Origin: Candidatus Woesearchaeota archaeon
GTDB taxonomy: Archaea; Nanobdellota; Nanobdellia; Woesearchaeales; WJIZ01
Reading direction: 5' to 3'
DNA: 44,228 nucleotides
Assembly (NCBI GenBank): GCA_018221205.1
Contig: JAAOYF010000010.1
Location: forward strand, 1-44,228
Numbering within the stretch: the first letter of the stretch is position 1; each line of letters opens with the position of its first letter. The translations under genes were made by a program, and so were the position numbers. The notes under the pieces were generated by a model. The model was not told where the DNA came from. It did not search any database and was given only the letters and a program-made list of their open reading frames with translations. Of the stretch, positions 19,634-29,759 are shown piece by piece.

Positions 19634-19951
19634 ATGATAATAACAACCACTCCAGACTTACCCGGAAAAAGGATTACAAAGACACTAGGCCTTGTCAAAG
19701 GAAATATCATCAGGGCGAGGTGGTTCGGCAGAGATATCGCAGCTAGCTTGAAGACGCTCATTGGCGGAGAGATCAAATCCTATACGGATCTCTTGACCAA
19801 AGCAAGAGATGAAGCTATCAGCAGGATGATTGCAGAAGCAAAGAAGATGAAAGCAGATGCAGTCGTGAATGTGCGCTTCTCCACAGCAGATGTCATGCAG
19901 GGCGCAGCTGAAATCTTGGCATATGGAACTGCAGTAAAACTTAAGAAGTGA
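19634..19951 (+). CDS. YbjQ/UPF0145 family protein
   Basis: MIITTT, GGEIKSYT.LL..AR..A..RM, ADAVVNVRF and AYGTAV. Confidence 0.92.
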   Translation: MIITTTPDLPGKRITKTLGLVKGNIIRARWFGRDIAASLKTLIGGEIKSYTDLLTKARDEAISRMIAEAKKMKADAVVNVRFSTADVMQGAAEILAYGTAVKLKK

Positions 19952-20233
19952 TTATTTTGCCTCTTCTAAGCAGCTTTCAAACTCATCTGTTTCTTCCCAG
20001 ACACAATGCCCCAAATCACAGATACAATCCGTCAACTGATAGCATGCATATTCTTCTTTCCATTCACACGTCGTGATGATGTCATCTGCATCAACAGCCT
20101 GAACACATAACTGTCCAGAACACCCGCTCCTTGCACAATCCGTGTCAAATGAGCATTGTACCTCAGTATCACGATAACCTGAATCAGCGCAACCAAGAAG
20201 CAAAAGGCAAAATAAAGAAAGATATGCCCTCAT
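19952..20233 (-). CDS. Eight-cysteine-cluster domain putative lipoprotein
   Basis: Signal peptide ending LLLGC, then C-x5-C-x3-GCSGQLC...TTCEWK..YACY....CIC..GHCVW. Confidence 0.78.
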   Translation of the reverse strand: MRAYLSLFCLLLLGCADSGYRDTEVQCSFDTDCARSGCSGQLCVQAVDADDIITTCEWKEEYACYQLTDCICDLGHCVWEETDEFESCLEEAK

Positions 20234-20817
20234 TTCCTCACCTTATAGATGATATATTCTACCACGATGAACAAAACAACGGTAAAGACAGCACCGATCA
20301 TGAACCAGACAGCAGGATGCAATCCTAAAGGCTGCACTATATTGACAACAGGAGCGATGGCAGCCTCTGCAACAGATTCATCAGCCATAGCACGTGTAGC
20401 AAACGCCTTTGGCTCTGCTATCTGCTGTCCGAAATTAAAGAATGATAGGATATAAGATCCGAGCAAAGCAACAACAAATACAGGAAGGATGCTCCGTAAT
20501 TTCTGTTTTAAGCCAAATGTTGATTTAGGAGCGATGATGATATACTTATTTGCTAAGGTGTAATGCATGACCTCTTTTCCCTTCTTTGAATAATGAAATT
20601 CCTCTGCCTCAACTAATTTTCCCTTCACTAATGCCTGTAGATTATAATGGACTGTAGAAATGGGCACCTTTAATTTTTTTGAAAGCTCAGATTCTGTAGC
20701 TTCTTTATCAGCTAAGTAATCAAGGATCTTCCGTGAGGTATCATTGGCCATCACCTGGGCCAATCTTTTTGACTCATCTTCCTTCAGGCTGACGAGCAAA
20801 AACTTTTCTTTTGCCAT
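20230..20817 (-). CDS. ArsR-like winged-HTH regulator with two C-terminal TM segments
   Basis: SRKILDYL...TESELSKKL.VPISTVHYNL..L...LV, followed by hydrophobic helices. Confidence 0.85.
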   Translation of the reverse strand: MAKEKFLLVSLKEDESKRLAQVMANDTSRKILDYLADKEATESELSKKLKVPISTVHYNLQALVKGKLVEAEEFHYSKKGKEVMHYTLANKYIIIAPKSTFGLKQKLRSILPVFVVALLGSYILSFFNFGQQIAEPKAFATRAMADESVAEAAIAPVVNIVQPLGLHPAVWFMIGAVFTVVLFIVVEYIIYKVRK

Positions 20818-20913
20818 AGTGAAGAAGAAGAAAACTCTATATAAATAACTATCGAAGGCTTCAATCTCGTTAGAAACGAAAAAGTATTAAATCAACCTGG
20901 ACTACCTCAGACC

Positions 20914-21300
20914 ATGGAGATTTCTGTGAAGACCGATGCAAAAGAGGAATTCATAGACATAACCGATAAAGTACAATCGTTAGTATCCTCTTCTGGAGTA
21001 AAACAAGGCATCTGCATCATCCAGTCTCTGCACACCACAGCTGGAATAACTATAAACGAGAATGCAGACCCGGATGTCAAATCAGATATCCTGAAAGCAC
21101 TGAAGATCTTCGATAAGTTCGACTATGATCATGCAGAAGGAAACTCTCCTGCTCACGTGAAGACATCGTTGATAGGACCTTCAACCACAATTATTATTAA
21201 CAATAACAAACTTCAATTAGGTACGTGGCAAGGAATCATATTCGGAGAGTTCGACGGTCCACGGAATAGAAAGGTATCAGTTAAGATAATCAAAGGTTAA
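20914..21300 (+). CDS. YjbQ/UPF0047 family protein
   Basis: HTTAGITINENADPDV..D, HAEGNSPAHVK, LGTWQGI..EFDGPR.R. Confidence 0.93.
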   Translation: MEISVKTDAKEEFIDITDKVQSLVSSSGVKQGICIIQSLHTTAGITINENADPDVKSDILKALKIFDKFDYDHAEGNSPAHVKTSLIGPSTTIIINNNKLQLGTWQGIIFGEFDGPRNRKVSVKIIKG

Positions 21301-21301
21301 T

Positions 21302-21763
21302 ATGGGAGTCTGTGATATGTGCGGTGCTGAAGACAGCTTATTCAAGACAGAGATAGAAGGCTCAACTCTTACTCTCTGCAGGAACTGCGCAAAATTCGGA
21401 AAAGTCATCATGCCGATAAAAGAGAAGCAGGATATCCCTAAGAAAAGGGAATTTCAGCGTGCCCCTTTGCTCTCAAAAGAGGAGATCTCCCAGGAGATCG
21501 TCGAGAATTACTCTGAGATCATAAAGAAAAAGCGAGAATCATTGGACCTCAAGCAGGAGGATTTCGCAAAAAAGATCAATGAGAAAGTAGCATTGATCCA
21601 TAAGATAGAGACAGGCCATTTCAAACCGAATCTTGTTCTTGCAAGAAAGATAGAGCGTTTCCTTAAGGTGAAATTAGTCGAGCAGGTGACAGGTTCTGCA
21701 TCGACTCCGACCGCAACCGAATCAGATTCATTCACTCTCGGAGACTTTATCCAGGAGAAGTAG
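21302..21763 (+). CDS. Archaeal multiprotein bridging factor aMBF1
   Basis: Zn ribbon CDMCG...C..C.KFG, HTH (LKQEDFAKKINEK...IETG) and C-terminal TLGDF. Confidence 0.9.
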   Translation: MGVCDMCGAEDSLFKTEIEGSTLTLCRNCAKFGKVIMPIKEKQDIPKKREFQRAPLLSKEEISQEIVENYSEIIKKKRESLDLKQEDFAKKINEKVALIHKIETGHFKPNLVLARKIERFLKVKLVEQVTGSASTPTATESDSFTLGDFIQEK

Positions 21764-22717
21764 GTCAGCATTCAATTTCTTTGAAAAAATCGCAGCTCCT
21801 TGCCAATGCAGATGGTCAGGATCTGAAAAATAGTCCGGATGGTCGAAATAAAGGGAATAATAGTCAAGATAATGATACTCATCGACAATCTCATTGATCT
21901 TTGAAAAGATGAATCCATAATGATCTTCTTTGACAACACCATTCTCCTCGAGAACATCAGCATAGAAGCTCGAGACAGGATAGGTGATGAAGATGGCCTT
22001 GACATCATGTTTTTCCAACAACCGCAGCGTCCTGATGAAATAAGGGAAGCTGATGTCACTTATCCTGCTCTGATTGACATACACACTCAGATATTTCTGA
22101 TACGTGGCTTCTTTCATATCCTTCGCAGAGAAATTCCTCTCGTCCCTGATCCAGCCTTTATGAAGGATCTCAAGATCAGGCTTCTTGAACAAATAAAGAA
22201 ATTCATCAGTATGTCCAAAGAACGGAAAGTACATCTCGACAAAGAAAAAATTAGTGCTGTTCAGGTCATAGATCCTTCGCAGATCAATGTACGGAACAAA
22301 TTCTTTCACCATATACAGGTCATTCTGCCAATTAGGGTCAGCATCAAAGTTAGTCAGGAAGGTGTGCATATCTAATTCTAATAGCACATACTTTATTTTC
22401 ACTCCACTTTCAAGAATCCGCTTCAATTTGAAGTAGCTCTTCCCATATTTCTCACCATTGGTGGCCAGATTCCAGCTGTTAGGGATGAATTCAGGATTCA
22501 CGTCGACAACAGCATGCGAATCTCCGACGATCAGGAACCCTATTTCACCATCCTCAGCAGCAAAATCCCAAAACAATGCATCTTGCCTGTACACAGTATT
22601 GTAGATCAGCACATGATTGATGTAGATAACATTAATAATTAAGATAAGAAGGGCTAAAACTATCAAAAACACCAGACCCCGAAGTCCAATCTTAAAATTG
22701 GAAGTAGATGAACTCAT
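21728..22717 (-). CDS. Membrane-anchored SGNH-like protein (AlgJ/DltD-like MBOAT partner); start uncertain
   Basis: N-terminal TM, GDSH block and C-terminal D-x-x-H (FSDPDHL...GA). Directly downstream of the MBOAT gene. Confidence 0.7.
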   Translation of the reverse strand: MSSSTSNFKIGLRGLVFLIVLALLILIINVIYINHVLIYNTVYRQDALFWDFAAEDGEIGFLIVGDSHAVVDVNPEFIPNSWNLATNGEKYGKSYFKLKRILESGVKIKYVLLELDMHTFLTNFDADPNWQNDLYMVKEFVPYIDLRRIYDLNSTNFFFVEMYFPFFGHTDEFLYLFKKPDLEILHKGWIRDERNFSAKDMKEATYQKYLSVYVNQSRISDISFPYFIRTLRLLEKHDVKAIFITYPVSSFYADVLEENGVVKEDHYGFIFSKINEIVDEYHYLDYYSLYFDHPDYFSDPDHLHWQGAAIFSKKLNADLLLLDKVSESE

Positions 22718-24131
22718 GTCGACCGAACTCTCCGAATAATATGATGGCTAAGATGATGAAATAGATGACAGCCCACCTCATCCAGGCAGGCTTTTCAGAC
22801 ATGAACTGCCTCATGCCCTGATGACTTTGCATAAGATGCACTATCTCTAAGAAAACAATAGCGAAGATTGCAACCCAAAAATCAAAAACACCCTGTCCAA
22901 GCGTTATTCCCACCAAACTCCAATCAGAGAAGAGATGCGTCACGATATACCACGCTTGACTGATAGACTCTGCTCTGAAGAAGATCCAACCAAAGGTGAC
23001 TAAACTAAAGGTAACAACCACTCTGACCATATGGTGCACAAAAGGCACCTTGACCAATCCAGTCTTCTGCACAAATCTCTCCCTTATTCCCTTTGTCACC
23101 AGAGCAAACACCAGGAAAAACCCATGCAGACCTCCCCACACCAGAAATGTCCAGTTGGCACCGTGCCACAACCCACTCACCAGAAAAACCAATAAGATAT
23201 TCACATACCAGCGAGGAACACTCACTTTATTTCCTCCCAAAGGGATATAGAAATAATCCTTGAACCAGCTTGTCAGAGAGATATGCCATCTCTTCCAGAA
23301 ATCCCTGATGGAAACAGCAGAGTAAGGCCTCTTGAAATTATCCATCAGCCGGAAGCCCATGACTTGAGCAGCACCGATAGCTATGTCGCTATACCCAGAG
23401 AAATCACAATAGATCTGGAATCCAAAGAAGACAGTAGCAAGGATCAGCTGCAGCCCATTAAAACCACCGACATCTCCATATACATGATTGACAAATAATG
23501 CAAGATTGTCAGCGATGACGATCTTCTTGAAGAATCCCCATAGCATCAGCTGCAGCCCTCGGACAATACGCGTGTAATCAAAGGAATGCTTCTCATAAAA
23601 CTGGGGTAAGAGATTTTTCGCACGCTCAATAGGACCGGCGACAAGCTGCGGAAAGTAAGAGACATAGACAGCAAATATCCCAAGATGCCTCTCAGGCCTG
23701 ATTTTTCCCCTGTAGACATCAATAGTATAGCTGAGTGTCTGGAACGTATAGAATGAGATGCCGATAGGAAGCAGCACTTGCAGTGTCAGAGGATTGAACT
23801 GAAAAGAGAACTGCGCGAGGAACTGCCTTGCTTCCTCGCTGAAGAAATTGAAATATTTGAACGCAAATAATAATCCGAGATTGACGGATAGGCTCAGGAC
23901 AAGATACGCCTTTTTGACAGCTTTCTTCGACGCTGAACTCATCCGCAACCCGGCGATATAATCTATCAACGTAGAGATCATGATCAAGATGATATATTCA
24001 GGCTTCCAGCTCATGTAGAAATAATAGCTGCCGAGCAAGAGCAGGATCCACCGGTATTTATGCTTCAGGTTGAAATACAGCAGCACGATTATCGGAAAAA
24101 AGATCAAGAAGTGTATCGAGTTGAATTGCAT
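22692..24131 (-). CDS. MBOAT family O-acyltransferase (AlgI/PatA-like)
   Basis: LPIGISFYTFQ, FPQLVAGPI, DFSGYSD.A.G, FW.RWHISL..W and SGLWHGA.W.F. Confidence 0.95.
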   Translation of the reverse strand: MQFNSIHFLIFFPIIVLLYFNLKHKYRWILLLLGSYYFYMSWKPEYIILIMISTLIDYIAGLRMSSASKKAVKKAYLVLSLSVNLGLLFAFKYFNFFSEEARQFLAQFSFQFNPLTLQVLLPIGISFYTFQTLSYTIDVYRGKIRPERHLGIFAVYVSYFPQLVAGPIERAKNLLPQFYEKHSFDYTRIVRGLQLMLWGFFKKIVIADNLALFVNHVYGDVGGFNGLQLILATVFFGFQIYCDFSGYSDIAIGAAQVMGFRLMDNFKRPYSAVSIRDFWKRWHISLTSWFKDYFYIPLGGNKVSVPRWYVNILLVFLVSGLWHGANWTFLVWGGLHGFFLVFALVTKGIRERFVQKTGLVKVPFVHHMVRVVVTFSLVTFGWIFFRAESISQAWYIVTHLFSDWSLVGITLGQGVFDFWVAIFAIVFLEIVHLMQSHQGMRQFMSEKPAWMRWAVIYFIILAIILFGEFGRHEFIYFQF

Positions 24132-24207
24132 CACGATTCAGATTCTATCAAAATATAAAAACCTTCTCAAAGTAAGTTTTATATATCTCCTCCTTGTCTC
24201 AAATAGA

Positions 24208-24453
24208 ATGGGCACGAACACATTCGCAAAGTTATCATTCATTCTCGCATTTTTCTTCTGGATGCCTATGCTGAACTTCTTCACCAACACCCTGGCTGCT
24301 GTTTTCGGCTTTGTCGCTTTGAAGGAGATGAAGAAGACTAAGCAGAAAGGAAAGTGGATGGCCCTTACAGGCATAACAGTCGGTATTGTCGCGACCGTTC
24401 TTACGCTCATCGGAGGCTTTGTCTATTTCTTCTTTCCAGAGATTCTCGCCTGA
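24208..24453 (+). CDS. Small 2-3 TM protein, DUF4190-like
   Basis: FGFVALKEMKK..QKGKWMALTG..G pattern. ATG ~25 nt after TTTATATA. Confidence 0.65.
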   Translation: MGTNTFAKLSFILAFFFWMPMLNFFTNTLAAVFGFVALKEMKKTKQKGKWMALTGITVGIVATVLTLIGGFVYFFFPEILA

Positions 24454-24505
24454 CCACAATCTTTAAAAATGAACTCAAGACCATATCGACTATAAAGAGA
24501 CTGCT

Positions 24506-25741
24506 ATGGACAACATCATCATGACGATAGGAGGCGTATTCTTCTTAGTTCTCTTTAGTTTTCTGCTCTTTGTCTTTGTGGTGTATCTTATCTCTTTATT
24601 CAAAAAGACGGTCCAGGAAGACTTCCAGCCCGCTGTCACGATAATGATTCCAGCCTACAATGAGGAGAAGAACATCAAAAAATGCCTCGATTCAGTGTTC
24701 GGATCAGGCTATCCGAAAGAAAAGATGGAAGTCCTTGTCATTGATGACGGATCTACAGACAAAACAAGGGAGATTGCTTCAAAATATGATATCACTCTTC
24801 TGAAGCAAGACCATAAAGGGAAGTCAGAGGCCATGAACCTTGCAACAAAACACGCAAAGCATGATTTCCTCCTGACAATAGATGCAGACTCCATATTAGA
24901 GAAGGACTGCATAACACTGATGGTCAGGCCCCTCTTAGATGAGACCATAGGAGCAACAACTGGAACGAGCAAAGTGCAGAACACAAATACTATCTGGGCC
25001 ATATTCCAGAACATAGAGTATCATTATAATAATCTCATACGAAGAAGTTTTACTCAGGTCTTCAAGAACGGTATCTGGTTCTTCGGTGCACTAGCCTGTT
25101 ATAGAAAATCAGTCATAGAGAAGATAGGCTATTTCAAGACAGATACGTTATCAGAAGATATGGATATCGCCTTAGAGATCCATAAGGCCGGCCATAGGAC
25201 ATTGCATGTCCATAATGCCCACTGCCTGACAATAGTGCCTGAGACACTCAAGGCACTCTACAATCAAAGGAAAAGGTGGTGGATGGGCGTCTTACAGGCA
25301 CTCATAAAAAACAAGAATATCTCCAAGAGAAATCCTTCGATAGCTTTTCTCTACATCAATCAGTTCTGGTGGTCGATCTACGCCCTCATCTCATTGCCAT
25401 TGATACTCTATCAGGTGAACTACTGGCTGCCTTATAACACTCAATCATTTTCAGCTCTCTTCGGTTATTTATTCAGATGGTTCAGCTTAGCTGGTCCGTT
25501 CTACGTACTCTATAAGATTCCAGTCTGGGGCATCAATTTCTATTCTGTTTTTGGCGTGTTGTCCGGTTTAATCTCCGCAATTCTGATAATAGCCTCTATA
25601 AAGATGTTTAAGGATAATCTAAGCGTGAAAAACCTCTTTGCACTGTTTTTTTACTTCCCCTATACGATAGTTTTAAATATCATGATTACACTCAGCCTCC
25701 TAACGCATAGTTACGGAAAAAAGAGGTATTTCATAAGGTGA
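24506..25741 (+). CDS. Processive GT2 glycosyltransferase (IcaA/PgaC/cellulose-synthase-like)
   Basis: PAYNE, DDGS, DAD, SED, QRKRW and C-terminal TMs. Confidence 0.9.
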   Translation: MDNIIMTIGGVFFLVLFSFLLFVFVVYLISLFKKTVQEDFQPAVTIMIPAYNEEKNIKKCLDSVFGSGYPKEKMEVLVIDDGSTDKTREIASKYDITLLKQDHKGKSEAMNLATKHAKHDFLLTIDADSILEKDCITLMVRPLLDETIGATTGTSKVQNTNTIWAIFQNIEYHYNNLIRRSFTQVFKNGIWFFGALACYRKSVIEKIGYFKTDTLSEDMDIALEIHKAGHRTLHVHNAHCLTIVPETLKALYNQRKRWWMGVLQALIKNKNISKRNPSIAFLYINQFWWSIYALISLPLILYQVNYWLPYNTQSFSALFGYLFRWFSLAGPFYVLYKIPVWGINFYSVFGVLSGLISAILIIASIKMFKDNLSVKNLFALFFYFPYTIVLNIMITLSLLTHSYGKKRYFIR

Positions 25742-25745
25742 CTCG

Positions 25746-27080
25746 ATGGATATAGCAGATATTGTACAGTTTTACACTGAGATCGGAAGGTCAGTATTCC
25801 GGAGCTATGCACAATTTGGGCGCCCTTTCCTGGATTTTCTTCATGTGATCTTTGACAAACTGTTCTATGTTTTCCTTTTCCTGGCAGTTATTGTCTCTAC
25901 AGCATATTTCGTCATGTCACTCTTTATCATGTTCAAGAATCCTAAACAGAAAGAGAAGAGATTCCAGAAAGAAAAAGCACCCTTCGTCACGATACAGATT
26001 CCTACATACAATGAATTAGCAGCTTTAAGATGTGCAAAGAAATGCCTCGCCTTCGACTATCCTAAAGGCAAGTACGAAATAATCATCGGAGATGATTCCA
26101 ACAATCCAGAAGTTTCTCAAAAGATTGATGAGTTTGCTGCACAGCACAGCCAAGTGAAGGTGACGAGAAGAGGAAGCAACAAAGGCTATAAGGCAGGAAA
26201 TTTAAATCACATGCTCACACGTTCAAAAGGATCTATTTTGGTCTTATTCGATTCTGATTTTGCTCCTGAAAAGGATTTTTTGAGAAGGATTGTCAATCCT
26301 TTCATCGACGATCCAGAGATAGCAGGCGTCCAGGCACGATGGAAATTCATGGAGAAGAACAAGAACCTTGTCTCCATCCTCGGCTCGACGATCATGAGCG
26401 TCTTCCACAGGGTGTGTCTTCCTTTTATCAATAAGAGATCAGAGATATCATTCCTCTGCGGTTCCGCAGAAGCAGTCAGGAAAAAGGACCTTATTGAATC
26501 AGGGAACTGGCAGACAGGTTCTCTCACAGAAGATATTGAATTCTCATTACGCTTACACAAGAAAGGAAAGAAGATTGTCTATCTTGACGAGCTGGAATGC
26601 GCAGGAGAGGTGCCCCATAAGGCAAAGGATCTCTACAAGCAGCAGATGAGGTGGGCCTACGGCGTCATCACAGCGTTCAGGGAACACTTCAGATCGCTCA
26701 TGACCAGCACGAAAGTGACGCTCAAGCAGAAGCTGCACATAACATTCTTCTGCTCTGGCTATCTATTCTCCTTTGTATTGCTGATGCTCTTCGCTACAGG
26801 ATTCCTGAGCTTCGTTACCCATCCACCGGCTCCGGTGGATTTCGCGAGATTCTTCTCAGAGATGGGCAGGAATATCCTACTCACTTCAGGCATCATCATA
26901 ACCAGTATCTTTGCCCTGGCGAAGGATCATAATCTGAGGAAGTTCCTGGCCATGGTAGGCGCCTCCTTTAGTGTCGGGCTCATCGTCACGTATTATGTCA
27001 ATGTAGGCATCATCAAGGTCATCTTCAACAGGCCGATGCGATGGTATATGCTCTCGAAGAAAGGAAACCTCGAAGCATAA
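25746..27080 (+). CDS. Processive GT2 glycosyltransferase (cellulose-synthase-like)
   Basis: QIPTYNE, DDS, YKAGNLN, DSD, TED, QQMRW and TMs. Confidence 0.9.
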   Translation: MDIADIVQFYTEIGRSVFRSYAQFGRPFLDFLHVIFDKLFYVFLFLAVIVSTAYFVMSLFIMFKNPKQKEKRFQKEKAPFVTIQIPTYNELAALRCAKKCLAFDYPKGKYEIIIGDDSNNPEVSQKIDEFAAQHSQVKVTRRGSNKGYKAGNLNHMLTRSKGSILVLFDSDFAPEKDFLRRIVNPFIDDPEIAGVQARWKFMEKNKNLVSILGSTIMSVFHRVCLPFINKRSEISFLCGSAEAVRKKDLIESGNWQTGSLTEDIEFSLRLHKKGKKIVYLDELECAGEVPHKAKDLYKQQMRWAYGVITAFREHFRSLMTSTKVTLKQKLHITFFCSGYLFSFVLLMLFATGFLSFVTHPPAPVDFARFFSEMGRNILLTSGIIITSIFALAKDHNLRKFLAMVGASFSVGLIVTYYVNVGIIKVIFNRPMRWYMLSKKGNLEA

Positions 27081-27111
27081 TTTTTTATAGCAACTTCTCT
27101 TTCCATAATCC

Positions 27112-27789
27112 ATGGATTTCAAGATACCTTCTGGCTCAGACATCATAGATGATTTCCTCGAAGGAGGCTATGAAAAGGATGTCCTCACCACCATATATGG
27201 ACCCTCAGGCTCCGGCAAGACGACGTTATGCATGCTCGCCTCGTTGAATCAGGCTAGAAAAAAGAAGAAAGTCATCTACATCGATTCTGAAGGCGGCTTT
27301 TCCATAGAGCGCTTCAAGCAGCTGGCAGGAGAGGAGTTCCAGGACATCTTGAAGTATATCATGCTCCTCAAGCCAACAAGTTTTGACGGCCAGAATAAGG
27401 CATTAGAAAAGCTGAAATCTCTCATCAATGAGAAGATAGGCCTTATTGTTGTCGACACCCTGACAATCTTCTACCGTCTTGAATTGGCAAAGAAAGAGGA
27501 ATTCAAATCAACAAACAACAAGCTCATCTGGCAGATCTCTTATCTTACCGAAATAGCGAGAAAGCATAATATTCCCATACTGATAACCAACCAGGTCTAT
27601 TCAGATTTCCAGCAAAGAAATAACGTGAAGATGGTCGGTGGAGATATTCTGAAATACCACTCAAAATGCCTTATGAAACTCACCAAGATCAACACAAAGC
27701 GCAAAGCAACATTGATGATCCATAGATCGATTCCAGAGGGAAAAGAGCTGGATTTCGGCATCATAAATGAAGGTATAATTGTCGAATAA
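27112..27789 (+). CDS. radB: DNA repair protein RadB
   Basis: Short RecA-fold without N-terminal domain. GPSGSGKT, YIDSEGGFS.ER, TNQVY, GGDILKY.SK and IHRS.PEG. Confidence 0.9.
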   Translation: MDFKIPSGSDIIDDFLEGGYEKDVLTTIYGPSGSGKTTLCMLASLNQARKKKKVIYIDSEGGFSIERFKQLAGEEFQDILKYIMLLKPTSFDGQNKALEKLKSLINEKIGLIVVDTLTIFYRLELAKKEEFKSTNNKLIWQISYLTEIARKHNIPILITNQVYSDFQQRNNVKMVGGDILKYHSKCLMKLTKINTKRKATLMIHRSIPEGKELDFGIINEGIIVE

Positions 27790-27834
27790 GGCAATAGCAA
27801 CATATATAAAGCAAAATGCATTTTTCTGCCTAAT

Positions 27835-29373
27835 ATGAGTAAGAAGAAACAGCTGAAAGACTATCAGGAAATAAAGAAATCCCATGAATTGTCTAAAGAC
27901 AGGATTAAGTTCCAGCACTCTAAAGGCAAGATGACTGTTTGGGAAAGGCTTGATTTTCTTATGGACAAAGGCTCATTTATCGAGTATGATGAATTCGTCG
28001 AATCAAAAGAACCTTCTTTGAAAGATAAGAGACAGCCGAGAGACGGTGTCGTGACAGGCATAGGAAGGATAGATGGAAAAAAAGTCTGCATCTATGCGCA
28101 GGATTTCACTTTTATAGGAGGATCTATGGGCGAAGGCCATACAAGAAAAGTCGCCAAGATCATGAAACATGCCCTTAAGCTAGGGTGCCCAGTCATAGGT
28201 TTGCTGGATTCAGGCGGCGCTAGGATCCAGGAAGGTGTTTCTGGATTAGATGGAGGAGGAGAGATCTTTCGAACTAACACAAGAGCTTCTGGAGTCATCC
28301 CTCAGATTTCAGCTATCATGGGGCCTTGTGCAGGCATCGCAGTCTATTCTCCAGCTCTTACCGATTTCATCATGATGGTCAATAAGACCTCCAACATGTT
28401 CATCACCGGTCCGCAAGTCATCAAGACAGTGACAGGAGAGGAAATTTCCTTTGATAAATTAGGAGGAGCATCTGTCCATAATGAGCAATCAGGAGTAGCT
28501 CACTTCTACGCAGATAATGAGAAGCAATGTCTCCTGAAGATAAAGAAGCTGGCTTCTTATCTTCCTCAGAACAATCTAGAATCATCTCCAGTCTTGGATA
28601 CGAAGGACAACCCAGACAGGAAAGTACCTAAACTTCTCGAGATCATACCAGAAGATTCTATGCAGGTCTATGATGTCATAGGAGTCATAGATGAGATTGT
28701 CGATAAGAAAAGCTTCTATCAAGTACATGAGAAATATGCACAGAATGCAGTCGTAGGATTTGCACGATTGAACAATAATGTCGTCGGCATTGTCGCAAAC
28801 CAACCTCAGGTATTGGCAGGCTGTTTAGACATCAATTCATCTGATAAGATCGCAAGATTCGTACGTTTCTGTGACAGTTTCAATATTCCTTTGATCAATC
28901 TCGTCGACGTGACTGGATATCTGCCCGGAGTAGAGCAGGAACATGGCGGCATCATAAGACATGGTGCAAAGATCCTGTTTGCCTATTCCGAAGCCACGGT
29001 TCCTAAGATTTCTTTAGTCATGAGAAAAGCCTATGGTGGAGCATATATTGCCCTGGTTTCAAAAGACATGGGCTTCGACAAGGTCATTGCCTGGCCCACT
29101 GCTGAGATCGCAGTCATGGGCGCTGAAGGCGCTGTCAATATCCTCAATCGGAAAGAGCTTGCCAAGGAAAAGAATCCGGCAAAATTAAGAAAGAAGCTTA
29201 TCGAAGAATACGAGGAGAAATTCCTCAATCCATACATTGCTGCAAGGCAAGGCAAGGTAGATATGATCATCGACATGCAAGACACGAGAAAAACCCTCAT
29301 TGATGTTCTAGAGTCTTTGATTACAAAGAGAGAAAAGCTTCCTCCGAAGAAACACGCTAACATCCCTCTCTAA
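27835..29373 (+). CDS. Acyl-CoA carboxylase carboxyltransferase subunit (PccB/AccD-type)
   Basis: DGVVTG, QDFT..GGS, DSGGARIQEG, GPCAG, RFCD.FNIP, RKAYGGAY and KKH.NIPL. Confidence 0.95.
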   Translation: MSKKKQLKDYQEIKKSHELSKDRIKFQHSKGKMTVWERLDFLMDKGSFIEYDEFVESKEPSLKDKRQPRDGVVTGIGRIDGKKVCIYAQDFTFIGGSMGEGHTRKVAKIMKHALKLGCPVIGLLDSGGARIQEGVSGLDGGGEIFRTNTRASGVIPQISAIMGPCAGIAVYSPALTDFIMMVNKTSNMFITGPQVIKTVTGEEISFDKLGGASVHNEQSGVAHFYADNEKQCLLKIKKLASYLPQNNLESSPVLDTKDNPDRKVPKLLEIIPEDSMQVYDVIGVIDEIVDKKSFYQVHEKYAQNAVVGFARLNNNVVGIVANQPQVLAGCLDINSSDKIARFVRFCDSFNIPLINLVDVTGYLPGVEQEHGGIIRHGAKILFAYSEATVPKISLVMRKAYGGAYIALVSKDMGFDKVIAWPTAEIAVMGAEGAVNILNRKELAKEKNPAKLRKKLIEEYEEKFLNPYIAARQGKVDMIIDMQDTRKTLIDVLESLITKREKLPPKKHANIPL

Positions 29374-29374
29374 G

Positions 29375-29755
29375 ATGGAAGAAATAAAAGTCAATATCGA
29401 CGGCAAAGAGCAAGTTGTCAAGATAGAAGAAGAAGGAAATTCTCTGAAAGTGCATTTAGATGGTAAGGTCTACACCGTCGAGACAGGTCTGAAGAATGAA
29501 CAGAAAGATTTCGACCTAGAAGAATCCTCAGATTCCTCTGCAGGCGGCTCAATAAGGGCCCATCTGCCTGGAGTTATCTTCTCCATCGATATTAAGCAAG
29601 GAGATAAGGTAAAGAAAGGCCAGAAATTATGTTCTTTGGTTGCCATGAAGATGGAGAACCAGATCAAAGCACCGATAGCCGGAAAGATAAAGAAAATCAA
29701 TGTTAAAAAGAACGATAAAGTCAACAAAGGCGATATATTATTAATTATTGAATAA
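29375..29755 (+). CDS. Biotin carboxyl carrier protein
   Basis: AMKMEN biotinylation motif. Starts 1 nt after the CT stop. Confidence 0.93.
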   Translation: MEEIKVNIDGKEQVVKIEEEGNSLKVHLDGKVYTVETGLKNEQKDFDLEESSDSSAGGSIRAHLPGVIFSIDIKQGDKVKKGQKLCSLVAMKMENQIKAPIAGKIKKINVKKNDKVNKGDILLIIE

Positions 29756-29759
29756 GATA

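Noticed and set aside
19561..19776. Long N-terminal extension of the adenylate kinase ORF (likewise the extended starts at 3251, 7227, 24070, 38807 and 42908)
   Set aside because: These extensions overlap divergent genes or promoters; family homology begins at later ATGs.
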